From NCBI RefSeq assembly GCF_001194135.2, contig NC_069010.1:9117968-9151913 (forward strand): a stretch of DNA of 33,946 bases, given 5' to 3'. The notes beneath the pieces are model-generated. The model saw only the letters and a list, made by a program, of their open reading frames with translations. It ran no database searches and had not been told where the DNA came from. Of the stretch, positions 1 to 9,650 are shown one piece after another. The first letter of the stretch is position 1. The number at the start of each line of letters is the position of its first letter. Position numbers and translations under genes: made by a program. The stretch comes from Octopus bimaculoides. Taxonomy: Eukaryota.

Positions 1-226
1 ATATATATATGTGTGTGTGTATCAGTATGCATGTATATGTGGGTGTTTGTGTATGTGTATTTATGTATGCATGTACGCTCTCACACATTGATTGGTATGT
101 GTTGTCCAACCCACTATCCGGCAGTGTCCAATTCCCTAACGGTTTTTGTCAAATGAATCAAGTCATAACCTTATCCATCTATTGTTTTCATAATCGGTCA
201 TAATGTCTTACGTTTAAGATGATTCC

Positions 227-325
227 CATGCTTTCCCTGATGAGAAGGTTACAATTTTAATATCAAAGATCCCTATGGATCACACAGGTTGTAATCCTTT
301 GAAACATATGTAGGAATAAAGTATG
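227..325 (+). ncRNA. Type I hammerhead ribozyme motif (minimal, palindromic helix III; Penelope/retrozyme-like)
   Basis: Helix I: CAUGCUUUCC (227-236) pairs with GGAA-UAA-AGUAUG (313-325). Core CUGAUGA at 237-243. Helix II: GAAGGUUACAA (244-254) pairs with UUGUAAUCCUUU (289-300). GAAA at 301-304. Helix III is the palindrome ACAUAUGU (304-311). Cleavage triplet GUA at 310-312. AATAAA follows immediately (315-320). Confidence 0.8.
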
Positions 326-373
326 CAATTATAACATGCGTTTCCTCCAATCCTTAAATTCTTATATATATAT

Positions 374-609
374 AGAGATTTATATTCAGTTTTATTCAGC
401 AGTTAATTACTTCTTTAATTTCTCCATCTACACATGTTTCTGCAGCACACTGCAAAATTTGCATCTTTATGTGCATTTAATGTTAATTGCCAATAAGTGC
501 AGATAAAGATACAGATTTTGCTGTCTGCATTAATTGCTGCAGAAACATATGTGGGTGCAGAAATGAAAAGAAGTAATTAACTGCTGAATGAAACTGAATA
601 TAAATCTCT
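374..609. repeat. ~236-bp imperfect palindrome (fold-back/MITE-like hairpin)
   Basis: Outer 43-bp arms (agagatttatattcagttttattcagcagttaattacttcttt and its reverse complement ending at 609) differ by 1 mismatch. Pairing continues inward with scattered mismatches to a short central loop near 480-494. Confidence 0.85.
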
Positions 610-760
610 TTTTTCCTTTATTATAAATTCATTATTTTCTCTGCCCAAAAACATGCAGTCTCCACAGAGACACGGGTTTACTGGTGTTGCAGGCAGAGGG
701 GTAAGTGATGTCTTTCTCAGCTTCATCTCAAACACAAGATAAAAGGTTTACAAACTGGGG

Positions 761-1196
761 TCAGAGATGTCTTGGGAATTCTCTAACAACCTCTTCTGGC
801 TCTTTCCAAAGGTTTGGCAAATCCTGCTGCCAAACATATGGCCTTTCAGGTGCATCCCACTCCAGTAATGGTTTCACCACAGTTTCCAGTAGCTTCACAT
901 CAATTTCTGAATTGAGCCTGTTCAATGTTGAGGGGCAAAATTCAAGGGTGCCAAGGCTGCCTGAATGTCCGCTGGCCAACGCTTCATAATCTCCATTGCA
1001 GCTGTCCATGTCAAGCCTTACAACCTTTCCAGATTCTCGTATATAGCATTGACTAACAATTATAACGTTCACATCTTTATACCTGGCCCAAATCCTCATC
1101 GTACAGGTAATTCTTTTCCAGTCTTCAGCTAATTTTCTCCCAACAACAACTTTAATCTTTATACTCTCCAACGCCTTTGACTGTTCACCAATACAT
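761..1196 (-). CDS. Probable terminal coding exon of an unidentified gene (CIGEQSKALESIKIKVVVGRK...WKEPEEVVREFPRHL*)
   Basis: About 145 open codons of complex, non-repetitive protein-like sequence ending at TGA (763-761). Plausible acceptor ttgctag at 1197 (phase 2). The upstream part of the ORF call runs into SINE-derived sequence. No family recognised. Confidence 0.55.
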
Positions 1197-1685
1197 CTAG
1201 CAATTCTTTGAAAAACAGCAGACATAAATGTCATCAAATTCATTCCAAACACCTTATGGATATATACATGGTGGGCGTCCACACAGTTTTTGCCTACCAA
1301 ATCCACTGAGAAGGCTTCGGTTGGCCCAGGGCTTTAGCAAAAGACGCCCTAGAACAATGGGATTGGGAAGTAAAACCTCTTTCAAAACTGCAAATACGCG
1401 ATTAGACAAAAATATATATACACTTGTGAACACACACATACAAGCATGTGTTCATACACAACCACACACACCTACATAGTTCCAGTTGTTTAAACTAGGA
1501 AGTGACCGAGATATTGGTAACCTTCACTAAAGAGGAGTGTTTAGAGGTCTAAAGTCTTTATAGCATCAACATTACTGCATGTATATATGTGTGTGTGTGT
1601 GTATTGGTATTTTGAGAAACAGCTCTTCTTTTATACATATGTATGTATATATATATATATAAATATATGTGTGTTTGTGTGTCTT

Positions 1686-2003
1686 GGCTGTGTGGTAAGT
1701 AGCTTGCTTATCAACCACATGGTTCCGGGTTCAGTCCCACTGCGTGGCACCTTGGGCAAGTGTCTTCTACAATAGCCTCAGGACAACCAAAGTCTTGTCA
1801 GTGGATTTGGTAGATGGAAACTGAAAGAAGCCCGTCGTATATATGTATATATATATATGTATATGTATGTGTGTATGTGTTTGTGTGTCTGTGTTTGACC
1901 CCAAACATCGCCTGACAACCGATGCTGGTGTGTTTAAGTCCCAGTAACTTAGCGGTTCGGCAAAATTCTTCGATAGAATAAGTACTAGGCTTCCAAAGAA
2001 TAA
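1686..2003 (+). mobile_element. tRNA-derived SINE, family A (CORE-like central domain, internal TA/TG microsatellite)
   Basis: Head ggctgtgtggtaag, B-box-like GGTTCAGTCCC at 1728-1738, then caccttgggcaagtg (similar to the CORE motif ccttgggcaag), then a microsatellite and a conserved 3' segment. Many related copies occur in the window. Confidence 0.75.
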
Positions 2004-2447
2004 GACAAAGAATAAGTTTTCGCTCCATTGTAGACCCTGATTCTATCATGCTGTGTATCCGGAACGTTGCATTCGGAATATATGGTGCTGGATGTGTTGT
2101 TGTCGTTGTTGTGGTTGGCATAGTGGGGATACATTCCTCATTACACCAACTAAGGCTGCTACGAGGATGTTGATCTTGGCAGTACTTGACATCGCAGAGT
2201 CACTACGGGTTACCCGTGGATCAGCCATAGGTTTAGAATAGTGTGAGTGGAGTAGACAGGGTTGAACAGTTCCGTCAATTGTAGTATTTTCTCTCCATAG
2301 CTCAGTATCTAGGACGGGTAACTATTACTGGGGTGTTTAGAGCGGTAGTCGTTCTACTGCTGCTATGGATAGGGTCAGCCATGTGTTGTATAGCTGTCAT
2401 CACCTGTTCCTCATTTAGTGGAGTGTTCGTATCTGTATGTGTATCTG

Positions 2448-2615
2448 TATTATTATTACATTTCACGACAAGGTTAATGTGGTCAACGTATCGAGAGTAC
2501 ATACCTAGGTGGATATTACGGGTCGGTAAGCACTGTTTAAAATGAGCTATGCACTTAGCTATGTACTCTCGATATGTTGACGACATTAACCTCGTCGTGA
2601 AATGTAATAATAATA
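2448..2615. repeat. 64-bp-arm inverted repeat (hairpin)
   Basis: Arms 2448-2511 and 2552-2615 are reverse complements with about 5 mismatches. Spacer is 40 nt. Confidence 0.85.
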
Positions 2616-3203
2616 TTGTGCTCCTAGCGAGTTTCGACCTCAGAATCTCTGTCTAACTTCAATATTGATCTTCAAGTTCGTACCCACGCAAATCTATTTA
2701 GTCGAAAGTATTTTACATTTCCAATTTTTATATATATATATATCATCATCATCATCANNNNNNNNNNNNNNNNNNNNNNNNNNNNNNNNNNNNNNNNNNN
2801 NNNNNNNNNNNNNNNNNNNNNNNNNNNNNNNNNNNNNNNNNNNNNNNNNNNNNNNNNTGGTAACTCTGATGTGTACTTTAGAATCATATTTGGTGACCCT
2901 ACACACATCCGTTTGTCTTTCTCTCTTTCCATCAAAGAGGAACGAACCTGTCTCCGCTTTCACCACGCAACAGGAGACGAAAATAAACATCCTTGCTTTG
3001 AAAACAATATATACGGTAAGTTCCTTTATTATTATTATTATTATATATAACAATAATGCAAACGTGTAGCCTTTTTTGTTCATTTTGTTTGCAGAAAATA
3101 AAGAAATAACAGTCATAACGTCAGGGGAAAATAAATATTAAGTAAATTGCCTTTATATATTTATCCCTATCAGTTAAAAAAAAGCCAAAACATTTATTCA
3201 AAC

Positions 3204-3289
3204 CCTTCAAATTCAACATCAAATAACTGTTTCCATTTGTTCCTGAAATATTGTCTTTCATTGATTTCATCTTTCCATACAGCATCATC
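3204..3289 (-). CDS. Speculative upstream exon of the unidentified - strand gene (DDAVWKDEINERQYFRNKWKQLFDVEFE-G)
   Basis: Protein-like 28 codons plus 2 nt between tag| and |gtttga. It ends in phase 2, matching the phase-2 acceptor at 1197. Both splice sites are weak. Confidence 0.25.
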
Positions 3290-4353
3290 CTAAATACCAT
3301 CCAGTACAGACGATATCCAACTCTTTTATTCTAATAAATGTTGCTTACTGCAAAATATGGATGATTCTTTTATGACTCGATTGCTTTCAGGTTTAGCTTA
3401 AGGTATTTTCGCGCCCGAAAACACAAAATACGCCAAAATAAATAAACATTGCCGGACAACAAACAAGAGACTGGGACATGGCTTCGGAAATATTTCTCAT
3501 TTTTAACCTCGTATATCGTACGAAATAGGGATCTTGACCTTTAAATTTTGGAGAAAAAATTAGGATTATACTGAAGGATTTAGGGTAACTTGATCAATAA
3601 AGCAATTGAGTTAGCAGAATATTGCAAAACTTTGGACTCAGCAGAGAGAGAGAGAGAGAGAGAGGAATGGATACAGAGGAGAGAAACGTAAAAATGTATA
3701 TTTTAAAAGATGAATTGATTGACCACCATTCAAGCGTGGTCGTTGCCAGTGCCGCTGGACTGGCTCCTGTGCCGGTGGCGCGTAAAAAGCACCATACACT
3801 ATTTAAAGAAAAACAAGGTGGCAATCAGGACTACCGCAGCAGTAAGTTTCTGTGAAAATTGACCGAAAAGATAAGGACAGAGAGAAATAAGCACTTTGTC
3901 AGGATGGAATCTACCTTGGCAAAGAAGCGTGGAGGTGAAAGTTTTGGTGACATCATACAAGGTGAGATGTATTCTGCATATTCCTGTGTTTCTGTGTTTT
4001 TTATGTACGTGTGTATATGTATGTATGTACCTCTGTCTCCTTGTGTGTGCATGTCTGAGTGTGTGTGTGCGTGTGTGTGTGTGTGTGTGTGCGTGTGTGT
4101 GTGTGTGTTTTNNNNNNNNNNTGTGTGTGTGTGTGTGTGCGTGTGTGTGTGTGTGTTTTGCTGCTATGTACCATGTTTGTATGTATGGGTGTACATCTCC
4201 ATATGTGTGGACATGTGTCTTTGTGTGGACTAGTGTGTGTGTATATGTGGTCATGTGTTTCAGTCTCTATGTGCATATGTGGTTGTCTGTTCATATACCC
4301 TATGTACCTACCCGTCTGTATGTAGACCTGTTGGTTTACATATACATACATGT

Positions 4354-4384
<31 letters not shown>

Positions 4385-4701
4385 GACATACATACATCTA
4401 TCTGCATAAAAGCCCATCAACTGTTCTACTTTACCTGTGTAAAACGTGGGTATGGGGGTATGATATCTACGTATATTTCCGATTTAGTATTGGGGAAGTT
4501 TCAAATAAATAAATAAAAACAAAAACAAACGAACATGTATTAACAGAGGATATAGATAATACTGGCGCTCCCCATACACACACATGCACTTACAAAAACA
4601 TAGACACACATTGAGGGATGCGCATGCAATAGGAACACAAAATACAAAATGGCTGATAGTTAGCAAGGTGAGACACACATAAGAAGGAAGGAAACAAAGG
4701 A

Positions 4702-4741
4702 CCACTGATGAGGTCACAGAAGTGTGACGAAAGAACTCTGG
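4702..4741 (+). ncRNA. Second, more degenerate type I hammerhead ribozyme motif
   Basis: CCA (4702-4704) pairs with UGG (4739-4741) as a 3-bp helix I. Core CUGAUGA at 4705-4711. Helix II is G(G)UCACA-gaag-UGUGAC (4712-4728). GAAA at 4729-4732. Helix III region AGAACU is near-palindromic. Cleavage triplet CUC at 4736-4738. Confidence 0.5.
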
Positions 4742-4869
4742 CTGAAATAGGATTAATGTAATGTAATGTAATATAAAGCTGAAGCAAATTAACACCAGAT
4801 ATACAATGCGTGTGTTTTTATTGGCCAAACTGGCAATATGACCATCCCCGAATACAACAACAATATATA

Positions 4870-5662
4870 NNNNNNNNNNNNNNNNNNNNNNNNNNNNNNN
4901 NNNNNNNNNNNNNNNNNNNNNNNNNNNNNNNNNNNNNNNNNNNNNNNNNNNNNNNNNNNNNNNNNNNNNNNNNNNNNNNNNNNNNNNNNNNNNNNNNNNN
5001 NNNNNNNNNNNNNNNNNNNNNNNNNNNNNNNNNNNNNNNNNNNNNNNNNNNNNNNNNNNNNNNNNNNNNNNNNNNNNNNNNNNNNNNNNNNNNNNNNNNN
5101 NNNNNNNNNNNNNNNNNNNNNNNNNNNNNNNNNNNNNNNNNNNNNNNNNNNNNNNNNNNNNNNNNNNNNNNNNNNNNNNNNNNNNNNNNNNNNNNNNNNN
5201 NNNNNNNNNNNNNNNNNNNNNNNNNNNNNNNNNNNNNNNNNNNNNNNNNNNNNNNNNNNNNNNNNNNNNNNNNNNNNNNNNNNNNNNNNNNNNNNNNNNN
5301 NNNNNNNNNNNNNNNNNNNNNNNNNNNNNNNNNNNNNNNNNNNNNNNNNNNNNNNNNNNNNNNNNNNNNNNNNNNNNNNNNNNNNNNNNNNNNNNNNNNN
5401 NNNNNNNNNNNNNNNNNNNNNNNNNNNNNNNNNNNNNNNNNNNNNNNNNNNNNNNNNNNNNNNNNNNNNNNNNNNNNNNNNNNNNNNNNNNNNNNNNNNN
5501 NNNNNNNNNNNNNNNNNNNNNNNNNNNNNNNNNNNNNNNNNNNNNNNNNNNNNNNNNNNNNNNNNNNNNNNNNNNNNNNNNNNNNNNNNNNNNNNNNNNN
5601 NNNNNNNNNNNNNNNNNNNNNNNNNNNNNNNNNNNNNNNNNNNNNNNNNNNNNNNNNNNNNN
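4870..5662. other. Assembly gap (N run); others at 2758-2857, 4112-4121, 12019-12082, 13852-14410
   Basis: N characters in the sequence. ORF calls spanning them are artefacts. Confidence 1.
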
Positions 5663-6078
5663 ACAGTTCCAGATTGCTCGTGGTGCGTTTCTGTTCAGGA
5701 GTCAAAAGGCAAGGGACCCACCTTGCAGAAACCTTTGAGAACCCAAGTTCTTTTGTCACAATGTTGTCTGCTCTTTCAGTTGAGATGCCCAGTCTCTCGG
5801 CTATCTGACGACAAGATATTCGGCGATCTTGCATTATTATCATACCAAGAGCAAGATCAAAGGTTGTCCTTGGTGGCTGCAGTTGGAGGTCTCCCTGGTC
5901 TTGGATCATCTTCCACACTCTCCCTGCCACGCTGGAATTCATCTATCCAGCGTTTGACTGTTGCATATGAAGGAGCATTGTCTGTTAAGGTTCTCACCGT
6001 ATCTTCCTGGATTTCTGATGGAGTCATGCCTTTCAAATGAAGCTACTTTATGACAGCACGATACACAGTTTTCTCCAT
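5663..6078 (-). mobile_element. Decayed mariner-family (Tc1/mariner) transposase, N-terminal HTH region
   Basis: From ATG at 6078: MEKTVYRAVIK*LHLKGMTPSEIQED...SYATVKRWIDEFQRGRESVEDDPRPGRP, then a frameshift, then ...QDRRISCRQIAERLGIS...GFSKVSARWVPCLLTPEQK. Contains the mariner WVP(H/R)xL motif, a stop and a frameshift. Truncated by the gap at 4870-5662. Confidence 0.9.
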
Positions 6079-6312
6079 TTCCCTTGAAACCTCGACACTT
6101 GTTTATTCAAAAATTTGCAACAAAAATTAAAATATCAGAATCATGAAAATACTATGAATATAATATACATAACATAAACCCAAATATCATAGAAATAATC
6201 AGTTATTATAAAAGCCATAAAAGTTCACAATCCCAGAAGTCAATTAATACAGAAGTCACTTCAGGGTCAATTCGTTTCACACACACACACACACACACAC
6301 ACATTTATATAG

Positions 6313-6645
6313 TCTTTTATTCTTTTAGTTGTTTTAATCATTTGTCTGTGGCTAAGCTGGAGCATTGCCTTTTGTCAAGCAAATCGACCCCAGGACTTAT
6401 TCTTTGGAAGCCTAGTACTTATTCTATCGGTCTCTTTTGCCGAACCGCTAAGTTATGGGGACGTAAACACACCAGTATCGGTTGTCAATCGATGTTGGGA
6501 GGACAAACACAGAAACACAAACATATACACACACACACACACACATATATATATACACATATATACGACGGGCTTCTTTCAGTTTCCGTCTACCAAATCC
6601 ACTTACAAGGCTTTGGTCCTCCCAAGGCTATAGTAGAAGACATTT
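6313..6645 (-). mobile_element. SINE family A copy (5'-truncated), inverted relative to the 1686 copy
   Basis: Reverse complement matches 1760-2003 (…gtggatttggtagacggaaactgaaagaagcccgtc…gcggttcggcaaaa…gatagaataagtactaggcttccaaagaataag) and extends the 3' end. Confidence 0.75.
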
Positions 6646-7308
6646 ACATATATATACATATGTATATATGTAAATATATAGGTTAAAGTAGTGAGGAAAA
6701 GCAAACAAACTGTTTGAGCTGCTCTTGGAATGCATACCAGTTTAAGTCACCCTAATGGGAACTCCTCCTTAGGTGCCACGTAAAAAGTGCCCTTCATACA
6801 CTTTGTAAAGTGGTTGACATTAGGAAGGGCATCCAGCTGTAGAAACCCTGTCAAAATAGTTAATGGAGCCCAGTGCAGACTTCTGACCAGCCAGCTCCTG
6901 TCGAACCATTCAATTTATGACAGCATGGAAAATGGATGTTAAATGTTGATGATGATGATGATGATATATGTGTGTGTGTGTGTTGTAATTCTCTTGTTAT
7001 GGATAAGTCAAGTTACCCAATGGAAACCCTATTAGTTTCCTCTTTATTTCAATTCTTTTTGAAGTTCATTTGCTTTTTATTAGTTTTTGCAATGGCCTTC
7101 AGTGATGTTCGTACATCCTGACATATTTCAAATGCCTTTACTATTCACAGTAATATAATCTGTTTGCTTGATATCAAAGGAGGTCCATTCTAAGTTTAAG
7201 CCAGCGCTATGGACATATCATATTTCTCTTTTTACTTTAGCCTCAGATGGACCAAAGCCTTGTGAATGGGATTGGTAGGCAGAGACTGAAAGATACGCAT
7301 TGTATCTG

Positions 7309-7870
7309 CATCATCATCATCATCATTTAACGTCTGTTGTCAATGCTGGCATGAGTTGGATGGTTTGACGAGGGCTGGCAAGGCTGGAAGGCTGCACCAG
7401 ACTCCAGTCTGATTTTGGATGGTTTTCTATAGCTGGATGCCCTTCCTAATGCCAACCACTCTGACAGTGTGTGCTGGGTGCTTTTACCTGTCACCGGCGC
7501 AAGTGCTACTTGTGTGACACTAGCATTGGTCATGTCGCCTCTGTGAGGCCCAACACTCAAATGGTGCTTTTTATGTGCCACCAACACAGCTGTGTGACAC
7601 CAGCCACAGCCATGACTATGATTTGTCTTGGCTTGATGGGTCCCCTCAAGCACAACATATCACCAAATGTCTTGGTCACGAGTCATTGCCTCCATCAGGT
7701 CCAATGTTCGAAGATCATGCTTCACCTCTTCATCGCATGTCTTCCTGGGTCTACCTCTACCACAGGTTCCCTCCACAGAAATTGGCACTTCTTTACACAA
7801 CTACCCTTGTCCATATACATCACATGATCATACCAGCACAGTCATCTCTCTTGCACAACACACCTGATTC
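7309..7870 (-). mobile_element. RTE-clade LINE 3' fragment (ORF2 C-terminus, 3'UTR, (GAT)n tail)
   Basis: Minus frame reads VEGTCGRGRPRKTCDEEVKHDLRTLDLMEAM, the RTE-type C-terminal GRPRKTW motif. It is followed by the 3'UTR shared with many copies and an (ATG/GAT)n tail. Confidence 0.8.
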
Positions 7871-7981
7871 ATCTTATGCTTAACTTCTTCTTTCTGCCCC
7901 TCTTATCTTCTAATTTGCATCACCTTTCTTGATTTTCAAATTCAGTATCCCTTTCCAGTGTATTATTTCACTTATTATTCC

Positions 7982-8350
7982 CAACGTCTCTATTATTATT
8001 ATTATTATTATTGAGTGAGAGAGCAGTGCCTGCCACCAGAGTGACACTGGGGTACAAATATACGAAGCCCAGTATACCCATCATGACTACCCGTCTGATA
8101 AGGGTACACCAGGCACATGCATCACAACCACATGTGCACGACATGGTAATCTCATATCAAGATAAACACCGCATGACCTTGCAGGTGGGGCCCAGTTAGA
8201 ATTTTCTTCAGGTCGAGTAGCCCATCCCGATCAAAAGGTCCCTGAATAAGGTTTGTTTAAGGATGTTGAGCAAAACCCCCATGTTTCCAAAGGTGAATTA
8301 TCCAAACCCTAAAGAATTCCTCTCAACACATGGCTATGATGCTTCCCCAG
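7982..8350 (-). mobile_element. Unclassified non-LTR retroposon 3' end with (AAT)n tail
   Basis: About 350 bp of complex non-coding sequence abutting an (ATT)n run at ~7990-8012, which is a tail on the - strand. Family not determined. Confidence 0.35.
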
Positions 8351-8568
8351 TACTTCTGTTCATAATCAGAGATGCACATATCATCAGCCACCAAGGGACA
8401 TGCTCAACTCGTTATGGTCAGACAACTGACAAGCAAATCTGTGGTATTGAGCAGAATATTTGCTGTAGCCCATCTTTTATACCAAGACAAAACAATGTAC
8501 ATGGATAACACTGCCAATCAGTTAAGACCAGAAGCCCTGAGAACCACTGTCTGGTATGGCATCAGGGC

Positions 8569-8601
<33 letters not shown>

Positions 8602-8736
8602 GCTGTTTTTTTCTTCTTTCTTCAAATTTTCTTCCATTTCTCGCCGAGTGTTTTCCGTACACCTAGGGCAGAGAAACTCGTTGTATGCATTCCCAGTTTA
8701 CACACGCAAATTCACAAGTCAAATATTATTATTATT

Positions 8737-8851
8737 AATCGCAGAATAATGCTAATAATATAGCCTGAACAGGATAAACTACCCCTATTTTGCAGAGAAA
8801 AGTGTAGGTGGCTAGCTGTTCAGGCTATATTATTAGCATTATTCTGCGATT
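8737..8851. repeat. Perfect 36-bp inverted repeat (115-nt hairpin)
   Basis: aatcgcagaataatgctaataatatagcctgaacag (8737-8772) is the exact reverse complement of 8816-8851. Confidence 0.9.
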
Positions 8852-9409
8852 GAGAATTTAAAATCACTTTAACTTTCTAAAAGACATCTCAACGCTTCTA
8901 AAAGCAAACTTCGTTTGGTTATTTACGTTTGTCGTAATTCGAATCTATCATTATCATTATCATTATTATTATCATTATCATTATTACTCATTTCGCTGTT
9001 TCTATGCCTTAAATTAGGATTTTCATCATGGATATTTGCTCTTGCTATGCTGTTTTTTGTGTTAGTCTGTTCGTTTCCCTGTTCATAGGCTTGGACAGTG
9101 CTTGCAGCAGTTACTTCCCTTTGACCGCTAAACCCGTGATCTTTAAATTATCACCTCTTGTTTCGTTACTGTTACCTAAAAGTGAATTTGCTTTTTGTAG
9201 AAATAATTTAATCTTTCTGTATTTTCTGCTGCTAATATTTGTGCCATGTTCTTTGAATTCTTACTAAATGCAAGTTGAAGATTTTAGGATACTTGCTACC
9301 ATTAGGAAAATATTTATTTACCACCGAATAAAGTAATCGTAGAATGTCCATGCTAATTTGTTATTATTAGGTCTAATTTTATAGAAATTACTGTTTGTTT
9401 ATACTGGGA

Positions 9410-9650
9410 GTTACTGAGGACTTGATGGGGGATGCTGGGCTTGGAGGAATTGGTGGAACGGCTAACAAGGGCGGATGGAGTGCAGTAGTATGGGTCAATG
9501 TTGAGGAGGGTGCTTGAGCCTGAGGTGAATGGACAGTGAAAGTGAGGTAGACCAAGGAAAAGGTGGAGGAGGAGATTGGGACGGTTGGCTTAAGAAGGGA
9601 GGATGCCCAAAACAGGGCGAGATGGTGTGAGGGTGGTTGCTATCCTCACA
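9410..9650 (+). mobile_element. Older, different RTE-clade LINE ORF2 C-terminal relic
   Basis: Broken frames give YGSMLRRVLEPEVNGQ*K*GRPRKRW and EEIGTVGLRREDAQNRARWCEG, resembling RTE ORF2 C-termini. Confidence 0.6.

Noticed and set aside
2620-2680. Minus-strand ctgaggtcgaaac / cttgaaga…cgaaac hammerhead-like words
   Set aside because: The core spacing is wrong, helix II closing pair and helix III do not form, and there is no valid cleavage triplet.
4060-4165. Apparent duplication on both sides of the 10-N gap
   Set aside because: Likely an overlapping microsatellite contig end (assembly artefact).
3799-4516. HT/CV/IY-rich ORFs (also 16875-17421, 26400-26705, 29420-29645)
   Set aside because: These are translations of (CA)n/(TG)n/(TA)n/(GA)n microsatellites.
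4810-6040. Long ORFs spanning N runs (also 2665-3116 and 13709-14660)
   Set aside because: Their length comes from N gaps. The only real coding signal inside 4810-6040 is the decayed mariner fragment.
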